Assembly (NCBI GenBank): GCA_965222605.1
Contig: OZ244960.1
Span: forward strand, 2,592,001-2,656,000
DNA: 64,000 bases
Source of the DNA: Candidatus Latescibacterota bacterium
Lineage (GTDB): Bacteria > Latescibacterota > UBA2968
Reading direction: 5' to 3'
The notes beneath the pieces were generated by a model. It saw nothing but the letters and a program-made list of their open reading frames with translations, was not told where the DNA came from and made no database searches. The position numbers and the translations under genes were made by a program. Below, in pieces: positions 10,586-20,405 of this stretch (position 1 is its first letter; every line of letters starts with the position of its first letter).

Positions 10586-10672
10586 AAAAAACCAAACAGT
10601 GCGTGATTTACTGCGCGTCTCTATACATTGCATACACCTGAAATCGCCGAAAAGTTCAAACTTTTTTATTTT

Positions 10673-11143
10673 TTAATGCGTAACATCAGCTTCTACGACA
10701 AATTCGACTTTGCAATTCACAATATGCAGTAACGCGAGCAATTGCCGAACGGATTTTCGATAGTTAGTCTGGTCGAGAAGGCGATAGTATTGCGCGGGCG
10801 ATGTGCCCAGCCGACGAATAATCTCACGGGTACTCAATGGCGACCTCTCCACAGCTTCCCGAACCCGACACGTCAACTCATAGAGCAACATATCTGCCAT
10901 ATAGCCGGGGTCTCGGTTGTATTCGAGCACATGATCGATGTGAACGGTACCCTCATCTCCAGAAGCGAGAACATAGACAAACCCCTCATTGTCCAACTCG
11001 GGATCGACATACACTTTGACAACCCAGCACCCTTTGCGCGGTGTTGGTCGCACAACCGCATAGGGAAACAGATAGATATTATTGTACGTGTGAACTTCAA
11101 AAGCCTTCTTCCGATTATTCGGCACAACTTTTCGAATTTTCAA
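10673..11143 (-). CDS. Putative antitoxin with C-terminal HTH (partner of DUF4160 toxin)
   Basis: Overlaps the toxin stop; HTH-like LSTREIIRRLGTSPAQYYRLL. Confidence 0.7.
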   Translation of the reverse strand: MKIRKVVPNNRKKAFEVHTYNNIYLFPYAVVRPTPRKGCWVVKVYVDPELDNEGFVYVLASGDEGTVHIDHVLEYNRDPGYMADMLLYELTCRVREAVERSPLSTREIIRRLGTSPAQYYRLLDQTNYRKSVRQLLALLHIVNCKVEFVVEADVTH

Positions 11144-11334
11144 AGCACTCCCCTGTCTTGCAATTCTCGTATATATTTTAAAATTTGACCCGTAGGCTTT
11201 CCCTTCATCGCCCTGTTATTTTCCAAATCCCATTTAACCACCAGTTTTCCTGACCGATAGACGTGAACATGTCTTGGCGGATGGTCGCCAGCCCAAAACA
11301 CAAAAATGAAATTTCCTCGACGAATTCTACCCAT
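11140..11334 (-). CDS. DUF4160 family putative toxin
   Basis: 64 aa with DHPPRHVHV motif. Confidence 0.8.
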   Translation of the reverse strand: MGRIRRGNFIFVFWAGDHPPRHVHVYRSGKLVVKWDLENNRAMKGKPTGQILKYIRELQDRGVL

Positions 11335-11339
11335 TCTTA

Positions 11340-11369
11340 AATGTAACCATATAAGGTTACACTTGTCAA
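11340..11369 (-). promoter_or_regulatory. Sigma70 promoter with palindromic operator for the TA operon
   Basis: TTGACA-18-TACATT on the minus strand; perfect inverted repeat TGTAACC-N6-GGTTACA at 11342-11361. Confidence 0.7.
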
Positions 11370-11386
11370 GAGTAGGCAAAAAAATT

Positions 11387-11785
11387 GGTATTGTGCCTAT
11401 CTTAGTTGAAATAGTAGAGGCTCCAATCTAAACAGCCTTGAAGAAGGTCTTGAAGAAACGCTGAGCTTGCATCGCTTGGGACTGATGCCGCAGTTGAAGC
11501 AGTCCTTTCGTACCACAAACTGCATTGAATCCCTCAACTCAATGGTGGCACAGATCACCAGAAATGTGAAGAGGTGGACAAACTCTAATCAACGCTCACG
11601 CTGGGCAGCCACCGCACTGTTGGACATCCAACCGCGCTTGCGAAGAATCAAAGGCTACAGATGCCTGCCCAGGCTCAGGCGCGCACTGCACAAGGACTTG
11701 AAGCTCGATACAGACTGGCAAGACGCGCTTGCTGCTGATTGAATCCACACGCCTCGATTATTTCAACTAAAAATAGGACTTGACC
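11387..11785 (+). mobile_element. Internally deleted IS256-family element (~400 bp, non-autonomous)
   Basis: Imperfect terminal IRs GGTATTGTGCCTATCTTAGTTGAAATAGTAGAGGC and GCCTCGATTATTTCAACTAAAAATAGGACTTGACC flank a transposase C-terminal fragment. Confidence 0.8.
11434..11742 (+). pseudogene. IS256 transposase C-terminal fragment
   Basis: SLEEGLEETLSLHRLG...SFRTTNCIESLNS...RNVKRW...RLRRIKGY; N-terminal catalytic region missing. Confidence 0.82.
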
Positions 11786-11855
11786 GTGCACACCCCTCAT
11801 ATTATATACAGCTTGAAGGAATTGGCGGTCATTGAAAGCCTCAGGAGGGTACAAC

Positions 11856-13970
11856 ATGTTTACGCTACTTCGCTTGTGTTTAGTGCAAACGTTTCTAATC
11901 ACACTCATCGCACTATTGGCCCAACCATTGTCTGCGGTCCCTTCGCCCGACTTTGACGAGAATGGGAGCATCGATTTTACCGACTTCTTGCTCTTTGTAA
12001 GCGCGTTTGGGACCCGGGAAGGACAAGAGGATTACGATACAAAATACGACCTGAATGGCGATGGCCAAATTGCGTTTGCCGATTTTTTGCTCTTTGTCAG
12101 CGACTTTGGCAGGACAGCGGATTTTTTCAGGAGCGCGACCACCTATCAACAATTTGTGAAGGCGAAAGAGTATGGGACAGAACCCATCGTACCCGACTTT
12201 TCCTACGCAGGCTATCACCGCTTCACCAAACCCGTACCCGATGTCATGCATCCCATATTCAACGTCACGGATTACGGAGCCATCCCCAATGATGCCCTAT
12301 CTGACCAGAGTGCCATCCAGGCAGCCATTGATGCAGCAGAGGAAAATGGCAGAGGCATCGTCTTCTTCCCGCCGGGTGAATTTCTCGTCGCCACTGATGC
12401 GGATACAAATGCTACTGGTAATAACTCATCTATCGAGATTACAGGCAGTAATATAGTCTTGAGAGGGAGTGGTAGTAGAGACGGCGGCACAATTATCAGA
12501 CAAGTCAATCAGTCTATTTCCAGTAGGGAAGAACTCTGGTATTTATGGCATGCGATCAATATCTTCTCTCCTTCTACATCCAAGGAGGTTGCCAGAGTAA
12601 CCGCGAATGCCAATAGAGAATCTCACTGGATCACAGTTGAAAGCACTGCGCGATTATCTATCGGTCAATGGATCAGACTTCGTATGGCGAATAAAACGGA
12701 TGCAGTCATCAATGAATATCTCGCCCCTCGCGATATGAACGACTTTTCTTCCTTTTACCAGAATAAACTTCGCAATGGCGGTATTACAATAAACGAGATT
12801 CATCAGATTGCAGAAATAAGTGGGAACAGAGTTCGTTTTCATCAGCCTATTCGGACTCCCATCAATGCGACTCACGATTTTGCGATATACACTCTCGATC
12901 CTCTTGAAGAAGTAGGAATAGAAGATATATGTTTTCAGGGATCATTCTTAGAGAGATATGTACATGATTTCGGCAACACTGATCTATCTATGGAAAGGAG
13001 AGCGCTATGGTTTGGAGGCTATAGTCTTGTCCGATTTAGTAGATGTGTCAACTCCTGGATGCGTCGTTGCTCTTTTATCAATGTTGTAAGAGGATACAGA
13101 GCTACGAGTAGTGCTAATTTATCCTTCTATCAAATTACAACTGCTGGTAACCGTGGTCATTACTCGGTTATAGTTCAGAATGCAAACTCTATATGGATAG
13201 GATTAACCGAGGATATTGCAGGTCATCATCACGGTACAAGTGTTACTCATAATGCTTCTGGTAATGTTTTTTATTATTCTGATATGGTATCGACTCAAGA
13301 AATTGATGCGCACAGGACACGTCCAAGTTACGATAATCTCTGGGATCGTTGCAGCGGAGGACACCTTCACGGTAGTAGCGGAGGATCGACACCTCCCAAT
13401 CATCTACATCGCCTGATTCTCTGGAACTACAACAGATTAGCTGCACAACCTGACAAAAGTTTTTGGAGCAGGCCCTTTTGGTTAGAACCTATCATTGTTG
13501 GGCTACACGGCGTTGACGAAGGGGTCGGTCCTGGCACAGGCATTCTGGAGTCTCAAGGCACGCCTGTTGAACCGGGCTCTCTATTTGAGGCACAACTCGA
13601 ATTGCGTCTGGGAAGCGTTCCCATCTGGCTAAACGATCTGCACACAGAATGGGCAACACTTAGAAATACGCCGCTCACAGCGCCAACTATTTTGCCTGAA
13701 GGCAAGATTGATCAGGTAGATCTGTACGTGGGACAGGCAGAACTTCGCAGGGATATATCGGACGACTTCAAAGTGAAGTATGACACGAGTATAGACCACT
13801 ACAGTGCGTCGTCATCCGATGCAAGCATAGCGACGGTGAATGTGATGGGTTCAGTGGTAACAATCACGGCAGTGGCCCTTGGCAGCGCGACAATCACAGT
13901 GACAGCGACCACTACGGAGAGTTCAACGACCGCGCAGACCATCGCCGTAAACGTGACAAAGGGGGGATAA
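11856..13970 (+). CDS. Secreted protein: N-terminal dockerin-like EF-hand pair + pectate-lyase-like beta-helix (DUF4955-like) + C-terminal Ig-like domain
   Basis: Signal peptide; DFDENGSIDFTDF/DLNGDGQIAFADF; PDFSYAGY, FNVTDYGAIPND...AIQAAID, NIVLRGSG; ASSSDASIATV. Confidence 0.8.
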   Translation: MFTLLRLCLVQTFLITLIALLAQPLSAVPSPDFDENGSIDFTDFLLFVSAFGTREGQEDYDTKYDLNGDGQIAFADFLLFVSDFGRTADFFRSATTYQQFVKAKEYGTEPIVPDFSYAGYHRFTKPVPDVMHPIFNVTDYGAIPNDALSDQSAIQAAIDAAEENGRGIVFFPPGEFLVATDADTNATGNNSSIEITGSNIVLRGSGSRDGGTIIRQVNQSISSREELWYLWHAINIFSPSTSKEVARVTANANRESHWITVESTARLSIGQWIRLRMANKTDAVINEYLAPRDMNDFSSFYQNKLRNGGITINEIHQIAEISGNRVRFHQPIRTPINATHDFAIYTLDPLEEVGIEDICFQGSFLERYVHDFGNTDLSMERRALWFGGYSLVRFSRCVNSWMRRCSFINVVRGYRATSSANLSFYQITTAGNRGHYSVIVQNANSIWIGLTEDIAGHHHGTSVTHNASGNVFYYSDMVSTQEIDAHRTRPSYDNLWDRCSGGHLHGSSGGSTPPNHLHRLILWNYNRLAAQPDKSFWSRPFWLEPIIVGLHGVDEGVGPGTGILESQGTPVEPGSLFEAQLELRLGSVPIWLNDLHTEWATLRNTPLTAPTILPEGKIDQVDLYVGQAELRRDISDDFKVKYDTSIDHYSASSSDASIATVNVMGSVVTITAVALGSATITVTATTTESSTTAQTIAVNVTKGG

Positions 13971-14187
13971 GATTATGTCGCAGAGGGATTTTTAATAAGG
14001 AGGTAAAGGGGAATGAGGCTCACATAGCCAATAGCATTATGAGCGTTAATAGCGTTATTAGGCGTAAAAATGGGTTGCCTTGCTTGACTAAAAGACATAT
14101 CCTTTCAAAGGAGAATAACGGTAACCATTTGAGCACTCAGAGCAAGAAATCCTCTAAATTTTTTATCCACCACAAGAGGAGATTAAC

Positions 14188-14604
14188 ATGTCTGCAACTG
14201 CGGTGAAGCTACCAGAGAAAGAAGCTGCTTCTCGATTGCTTTATCATTGTTGGAGGGGTCGATTTGATGAAAAACATGAAGCGTTTAGCTTTCCCGGTAT
14301 TACAGAAGGAATGAGTGAAAAACTATTAAAAGACACTGAACAGCCAGTCAACACATTCCAAATTGATTTGCCATTAATTACTGGACGATGGCCTCTTGTT
14401 TTTGAAGAATTTGTAGATGGATGGGTGGTGTACTTTAAGGATTTTCCAAGTATTATTGCGGATAGCGATGGTGGTAATATGGAAGATGCTTTGGACAATT
14501 TAGCAGAGGTTGTGCTTGACGATTTTCAAATCATGGAAGAATACAAAAACAACGTTTCTTTGCACCTGAAAAAACGACACCAATTCTTAAAAACGGTTTT
14601 CTAA
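14188..14604 (+). CDS. Hypothetical protein with HicB-like C-terminal half
   Basis: RBS GAGGAG; GWVVYFKDFPSII...GNMEDALDNL resembles the HicB partial RNase H fold; AT-rich. Confidence 0.55.
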   Translation: MSATAVKLPEKEAASRLLYHCWRGRFDEKHEAFSFPGITEGMSEKLLKDTEQPVNTFQIDLPLITGRWPLVFEEFVDGWVVYFKDFPSIIADSDGGNMEDALDNLAEVVLDDFQIMEEYKNNVSLHLKKRHQFLKTVF

Positions 14605-14676
14605 ATGCAACATGTCAAAAACCGATTATTACAACCATCTGCTTAATAATGGAATTATATAACCTGTGTAGTGCGG

Positions 14677-14718
14677 AAAATCGGGCTTATCTGTTATGTT
14701 GGTAAGCCCGATTTTTTT
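14677..14718 (+). terminator. Rho-independent terminator
   Basis: AAAATCGGGCTTA...TAAGCCCGATTTTTTT. Confidence 0.75.
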
Positions 14719-14837
14719 ATTTAGGCATCGCTGTAATGATTACAAAATATTAGTTGCTTTTCATGCCTTCGCCGACTTAATTTTTCTCATCGGTGATTTT
14801 TGATTTATGCAAACTCCTCAATTAAATCGGAGGCACA

Positions 14838-15947
14838 ATGGAACGAGTAAAACGTCGCGAATTCATAAAAAAAGCCGGACTTGCCGGCGGTGCTGCACTA
14901 TTGGCGGGCTGTGCATCCCCCCAGGAAACCGGGGCACCTGCCGTGCAAACGCGCAAAAAATACGAATGGAAAATGGTCACAACCTGGCCGCCGCACTTCC
15001 CCATCCTGGGAGAATCCGCTGAACACATCGCCAAATGGGTCGAAGAAATGTCCGAAGGCCAGCTCAAAATACAGGTCTATGGCGGCGGCGAACTCATCCC
15101 ACCCCTGGAAGGCTTTGAAGCCGTAAGCGCGGGAACCGCAGAAATGTGTCACGGTGCCGCGTATTACTGGGCTGGAAAAGCGCAGGCAACCCAATTCTTT
15201 GCCTCTGTACCCTTTGGCATGAACGCCCAACAAATGAACGCCTGGATCACCAGCGGTGGTGGCCTCGCCTTATGGGAAGAACTCTACGCCCCATTTAACC
15301 TCATCCCCATACCCGCTGGCAATAGCGGTGTGCAAATGGGCGGGTGGTTCAACCGCGAAATCAACTCCGTAAGCGACTTGCAGGGCCTCAAAATGCGCAT
15401 CCCGGGATTAGGCGGCAAAGTCATCTCCAAAGCCGGCGGATCCGCTATATTATCAGCCGGTGCAGAAATCTTCACCAACCTCGAACGCGGCGTCATTGAC
15501 GCAACCGAATGGATTGGACCCTTTCACGACACACTCATGGGCTTTTACAAAGCCGCCAAATACTATTATTATCCCGGCTGGCACGAACCCGGCACCGTCA
15601 TAGAACTCATCATCAACAAATCCGCATATCAAAGCCTGCCCAAAAACCTGCAAGACATCGTGCGAACAGCCGCAGCGCGGGCAAATGCCTGGGCACTATC
15701 GGAATTTGAAGCAAAAAACAATATGTATCTGCAAACCCTCACAAAAGACCACAACGTAATCCTGAAAAGATTCCCGGACGAAGTCCTCAACACACTTCAA
15801 AAATATGCCTGGGAAGTCGTAGATGAAGTTGTCGCAGCCGATGCAATGAGCAAAAAAGTATATGAATCATTTGAATCATTTCGCAAAAAAATGAACGGCT
15901 GGGCGGCGATATCGGAGAAAATCTATTACGAGAACTTGACTGGATAA
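14838..15947 (+). CDS. dctP: TRAP transporter substrate-binding protein (TakP/alpha-keto acid type), Tat lipoprotein
   Basis: KRREFIK Tat motif + LAGC lipobox; WKMVTTWP, QMGGWFNREINS, GLKMRIPG, YYPGWHEPG. Confidence 0.92.
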   Translation: MERVKRREFIKKAGLAGGAALLAGCASPQETGAPAVQTRKKYEWKMVTTWPPHFPILGESAEHIAKWVEEMSEGQLKIQVYGGGELIPPLEGFEAVSAGTAEMCHGAAYYWAGKAQATQFFASVPFGMNAQQMNAWITSGGGLALWEELYAPFNLIPIPAGNSGVQMGGWFNREINSVSDLQGLKMRIPGLGGKVISKAGGSAILSAGAEIFTNLERGVIDATEWIGPFHDTLMGFYKAAKYYYYPGWHEPGTVIELIINKSAYQSLPKNLQDIVRTAAARANAWALSEFEAKNNMYLQTLTKDHNVILKRFPDEVLNTLQKYAWEVVDEVVAADAMSKKVYESFESFRKKMNGWAAISEKIYYENLTG

Positions 15948-16019
15948 ATTGACCAAAGCGGGCGGGCACAGGAGCCTGCCCCGTAGTGCCTTTATACGGG
16001 GGCACCGCCCCTACAGGTC

Positions 16020-17339
16020 TCAATCCATCAAATACCGGGGAAGAGAAGTCGCCATCTCGGGAAAGGCAATAACGAGCGTCAGCCCAATAAGCTGAATAAT
16101 AACAAACGGAATAATCCCGCGATAAATATGTCCCGTGCGGACTTCGGGCGGAGCAACCCCCTTCAGATAGAAAAGCGAAAAACCAAAAGGAGGCGTCAAA
16201 AAAGAAGTCTGCAAATTCATCGCAATCAGAATACCCAACCACAGAAGATCCACACCTAACGCCACAAAAATAGGCGCCACAACCGGAACAATAATAAACG
16301 TAATCTCGATAAAATCGATAAAAAATCCCGCCACAAAAATCATAACCATCACAAGCGCGAGAAACGCCCCTGGACTCATATTTGCCGAAAGAATGAGATT
16401 GGTCAAATAAGCATCGCCGCGCATACCGCGAAACACCAGACCAAACGCCGTGGCACCTATTAGAATAACAAAAACCATACAGGTCAGATGGGTCGTCTCC
16501 ACCATCACGGACTTCAGCGTCGCATAAGAGAACTTCTTTTGCACCACCGTCAAAAGCGTCGCGCCAAACGCACCCACCGCTGCCGCCTCAGTAGGAGAAG
16601 CAATCCCCGCAAAAATAGAACCGAGCACCGCAACAACGAGAACAGCCGGCAGAACAAACGCCTGAAAAACGCGCCGCACCATCGCCCTGCCGTGAAACTG
16701 GGCGAGTTCTTCCTCCGGCATAGCCGGTGCCCAATCGGACTTAAAAATCGCGACCAAAATGAGATAAACCACATAAAGACCCACCAGAACAAAGCCCGGC
16801 ACCACAGCACCCACAAACATATCGCCGATAGACACATTGAGAACACTACCCAACAGCACCAGCACAATACTCGGAGGAATAATCTGCCCCAAAGTACCCG
16901 ACGCCGAAATCGTCCCCGTCGCCACCTCTGCCCGGTATCCCCGCTTCAGCATCGTTGGCAAACTCAGCAAACCCATCGTAACCACAGTCGCCCCAACAAT
17001 ACCCGTAGAAGCCCCGAACAGCGCCCCCACAGCAACCACAGAAATCGCCAGCCCCCCGCGCAAATGACCAAAAAGCAAAGCCATTGTCTCCAGCAAATTC
17101 TCAGCCAACCCGGACTTCTCCAGCATCACCCCCATAAACACAAACAAAGGCACGGCAATCAGCACATAATTGGTCATCACGCCCCAGATACGCAGGGGCA
17201 AAAGATTGAAAAAATCGGCACCAAACGTCAAATATCCCAAAATAAAAGAAACACCACCGAGCGTAAACGCAACGGGAAAACCGAGCAAAAGCAGAAGAAA
17301 AAGAACGCCAAACAAAATCAGGGGCATCGCCTCGATCAT
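16020..17339 (-). CDS. dctM: TRAP transporter large permease
   Basis: GTLGQIIPPS, SPTEAAAVGA, QTSFLTPPFG. Confidence 0.95.
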   Translation of the reverse strand: MIEAMPLILFGVLFLLLLLGFPVAFTLGGVSFILGYLTFGADFFNLLPLRIWGVMTNYVLIAVPLFVFMGVMLEKSGLAENLLETMALLFGHLRGGLAISVVAVGALFGASTGIVGATVVTMGLLSLPTMLKRGYRAEVATGTISASGTLGQIIPPSIVLVLLGSVLNVSIGDMFVGAVVPGFVLVGLYVVYLILVAIFKSDWAPAMPEEELAQFHGRAMVRRVFQAFVLPAVLVVAVLGSIFAGIASPTEAAAVGAFGATLLTVVQKKFSYATLKSVMVETTHLTCMVFVILIGATAFGLVFRGMRGDAYLTNLILSANMSPGAFLALVMVMIFVAGFFIDFIEITFIIVPVVAPIFVALGVDLLWLGILIAMNLQTSFLTPPFGFSLFYLKGVAPPEVRTGHIYRGIIPFVIIQLIGLTLVIAFPEMATSLPRYLMD

Positions 17340-17860
17340 CCATCCACCTCCTCATCCCAACCGCGGACCCCCAGCAAAGACCGACACGCCAGACCCAAAC
17401 CCTGTAGCAAAAGCAGAACAAAACCTGCGGGAATAGCCGCCTTCAGCACCCACCGCGCGGGCAACCCCCCCGGATCGGGTGACGTCTCCCCAAAGTGGAA
17501 TGCACTAACCACAAAATGCTGTGAACTCACAATTACAATAATGCAAAACGGAATCAAAAACAGAACACTGCCAATCAAATTCACCCACGCCTTTTTGCGA
17601 GCAGAAAACCGGCTATAGAACACATCCACGCGCACGTGCTGATCGTGCTTGAGCGAATAAGCAGCGCCAATGAGAAAAATCAGCGCGAACAAATGCCATT
17701 CCAATTCCTGAACAGCAACCAGACTATTCTTCAGCAAATACCGGGTAAAAACATCGTAACACACCACCGCCACCAGCACAGCCGTAAGCCACGCGACAAC
17801 ACGCCCAACGCGCTCATTTAATCCATCGACAAATCGAATATATGCTCTCAACACCTGCAA
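17336..17860 (-). CDS. dctQ: TRAP transporter small permease
   Basis: QELEWHLF, HVRVDVFY, four TM helices; overlaps dctM start. Confidence 0.92.
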   Translation of the reverse strand: MQVLRAYIRFVDGLNERVGRVVAWLTAVLVAVVCYDVFTRYLLKNSLVAVQELEWHLFALIFLIGAAYSLKHDQHVRVDVFYSRFSARKKAWVNLIGSVLFLIPFCIIVIVSSQHFVVSAFHFGETSPDPGGLPARWVLKAAIPAGFVLLLLQGLGLACRSLLGVRGWDEEVDG

Positions 17861-17893
17861 AATTGTCTCCTGAAACTTGCGTTCCCCAAGAAA

Positions 17894-18160
17894 TCATCCT
17901 TCCATCGCCTGCTGAATTTCATCTATAGATGGCTCATCACCAGGCTGCGTTTTTTGTAGAAAATCTCCAAATTTAGCGATCACAAGGTCAGGATTTTTTC
18001 CACTCAGACGACTTTTCATCCACTCGATAGTTTCATCTTGTTGGACAGCAGCTTGAAGCCAATAGTTTACCAGGGTGTTAAAAGACATATTTTTCTTTTT
18101 TGCCAGCCGCATCGCTTTGTCCTTTAGTTCGTCCGGCAATCGTACAGAAATCGCGCTCAT
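17894..18160 (-). CDS. Ribbon-helix-helix antitoxin
   Basis: MSAISVRLPDELKDKAMRLAKKKNMSFN; adjacent to the PIN toxin. Confidence 0.8.
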   Translation of the reverse strand: MSAISVRLPDELKDKAMRLAKKKNMSFNTLVNYWLQAAVQQDETIEWMKSRLSGKNPDLVIAKFGDFLQKTQPGDEPSIDEIQQAMEG

Positions 18161-18176
18161 GGTCTGTCTCCATTGG

Positions 18177-18611
18177 CTATAGATACAGGTCACAGAACTG
18201 TTGAGGGGTCAAAACCACAAGGTCTGGAAATTTCAACTCACCCATTCTAAAGTCTGTGATATTTTTAGTTATCACTAAAGCGTTGGTTGCAACAGCCGCT
18301 TCTAATACAAAATTGTCTTCTTCATCGGGTAGGTTTGGACGCCATAAATAAAAGACTTCAGATCGATAGGCCAGTGCCAGCAATGCGTCCAAAACAAATA
18401 CAATTTCTTCTTTACTGGCACCTATTAATTTGAGGATACTTCTTCTCGTCAAGACCGATTCATATTCAAGATACAGCTTTTGTGTTAAAACCAATGGAAT
18501 GGCTGCCTTTTGAATATTCTGAAGAATTTTGAAACTGGGAGAGTCTATGCGGCGACATAGTCCAGCTACAAGCACATTTGTATCGAGAACGACCAGCGGC
18601 GGCGTTGCCAA
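18177..18611 (-). CDS. PIN-domain toxin
   Basis: VVLDTNVLV, LYLEYE, PDEEDNFVLEAAV, ITKNITDF; probable TTG start at 18611. Confidence 0.88.
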   Translation of the reverse strand: MATPPLVVLDTNVLVAGLCRRIDSPSFKILQNIQKAAIPLVLTQKLYLEYESVLTRRSILKLIGASKEEIVFVLDALLALAYRSEVFYLWRPNLPDEEDNFVLEAAVATNALVITKNITDFRMGELKFPDLVVLTPQQFCDLYL

Positions 18612-18701
18612 GTTATCATCCCTTAAGCGATAGGTGGTTGCTTGCGTAACGCCAGTAATATAAATAAATTCGTATTGTATAAGACAAAAAACGGATTCAA
18701 C

Positions 18702-18772
18702 GGGCGGGCACGGGGACCCGCCCCTACATTTACAAACACTGGATCGCGGCTCAACATCATGCCGCGATGACG
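18702..18772. repeat. REP family C + family D
   Basis: GGGCGGGCACGGGGACCCGCCCCTAC 18702-18727; D copy 18739-18772. Confidence 0.85.
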
Positions 18773-18960
18773 GCGCTGTTGAATGATTCACACAGCAAGC
18801 GGCAAAATAATGATCCTTGATATAGAATTATTTTTCGTGTAATTTCAAAATGACAAATTAAATTTACACAAAAATTGCGCCCATGAATTATCGTTCTCGA
18901 CAAGCGGTGTTCGTATTTGCAACTGGTCAAATTATCTCACCCAAAAAAAGGAGTAACCCC

Positions 18961-20391
18961 ATGTCAAAACAACCGAACATCCTCCTCTTCATCAGCGACC
19001 AACAGCGAACAGACACCTTAAAATGTTACGGCAACGACTGGATACAATCGCCGCATCAAGACGCCCTCGCAGAGCGCAGCTTCGTCTTTGAAAACACCTA
19101 CGTCACACAACCCGTATGCACCCCTGCGCGCGGGTCCTTAATGACCGGCCTGTACCCGCACAATCACGAATGCATGGTCAACCGCGATATATTGCGCGAC
19201 GAAATCTCATCCATCGCAGAAATGCTACCCGACACCTATCGAAAAGCCATGTTTGGAAAATGGCATCTCGGCGACGACTCCGTGCGGCAGCACGGCTTTG
19301 ACGAATGGATCAGCACCGAAGACGACCACCGCAACAAATATTCCCGCCCTGGCCTGCCCTTCAGCAGCTATTACTACTGGATGAAAGAACAGGGCATAGA
19401 ACCCCAAAACAACAGCGCCACCGGAGAAATCATCTTCTCACCGCGCCAGCGATCACAACTACCCCCAGAATACCAGATGGCCACCTTTATCGCAAACCAC
19501 TCAGACCGATTCATCCGAGAAAACACAGACCGCCCGTGGTTGCTCGTATTCAGCACATTTGAGCCACATCCCCCCATGACCGGACCTTATGACGGCATGT
19601 ACGACCCCGATACCTTACCAGTCGGCCCCACCTTCATGAAAAAACCAGAAGGACACGCCTTATTTAACCGCGCACGCGCAGAACACTACCTCAGCAACAG
19701 GGTTGAAGGCGAAGACCTGCGCGCAGAAAAATCCTGGCGAAAACTGCGGGCGCAATACTACGGCAACGTAAAAATCATCGACGACGCCATAGGCCGCATG
19801 GTACAGGCACTGGAAGAAACCGGACAAATGGAAAACACCATCTTTGCCGTCACCAGCGACCACGGTGAAATGGCAGGCGACCATGCCATGCTGGAAAAAC
19901 GCGCATTCTACGAAGAATCTGCACGCGTACCCATGATATTGAGCGCCCCCTATCTCACCCAGTCGCAAAAGCGCATCGACGGCGTCTTTGGACACGCGGA
20001 CCTGATCGCCACCCTTGTGGAACTGGCCAATCAGCCGCTACCAGAATCCCTTCCGGGCCGCCCGTGTGCCGACGTCTTAAACGGCGAAGCCAACCTGCGC
20101 GATCACACCGCATTCATGGAATGGAACGGCATTGGCGACCGCAACCTGGGCAACCCCAAAATCAACCTCATGGCCACCTTACCCTGGCGCTGTGCCGTAA
20201 CCGGAGACCGGTGGAAACTCAACTTATGTGCCGGTGACCAGTGCGAATTATTCGACCTGAACAACGACCCCTATGAAGAAACCAACCTATTTGACGACCC
20301 TGCTCACCGCGACCGGGCGCGAGAAATCGCAGCCCGCATTCGCCTGTGGCAACACGAAACAAACGACCACGCGCCCTTGCCTGGGGTATAA
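18961..20391 (+). CDS. Sulfatase (Cys-type)
   Basis: MSKQPNILLFISDQQR, CTPAR, GKWHLG, SDHGEM; RBS AGGAG. Confidence 0.95.
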   Translation: MSKQPNILLFISDQQRTDTLKCYGNDWIQSPHQDALAERSFVFENTYVTQPVCTPARGSLMTGLYPHNHECMVNRDILRDEISSIAEMLPDTYRKAMFGKWHLGDDSVRQHGFDEWISTEDDHRNKYSRPGLPFSSYYYWMKEQGIEPQNNSATGEIIFSPRQRSQLPPEYQMATFIANHSDRFIRENTDRPWLLVFSTFEPHPPMTGPYDGMYDPDTLPVGPTFMKKPEGHALFNRARAEHYLSNRVEGEDLRAEKSWRKLRAQYYGNVKIIDDAIGRMVQALEETGQMENTIFAVTSDHGEMAGDHAMLEKRAFYEESARVPMILSAPYLTQSQKRIDGVFGHADLIATLVELANQPLPESLPGRPCADVLNGEANLRDHTAFMEWNGIGDRNLGNPKINLMATLPWRCAVTGDRWKLNLCAGDQCELFDLNNDPYEETNLFDDPAHRDRAREIAARIRLWQHETNDHAPLPGV

Positions 20392-20405
20392 GCGGGACGG
20401 CACAC

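Noticed and set aside
18612-18791. Long N-terminal extensions in the ORF track (PIN toxin; also DUF151, arc, ABC transporter, pth)
   Set aside because: They translate intergenic repeats (CRGGSPCPP, ICVHLCSSV) or neighbouring genes; starts were moved downstream.
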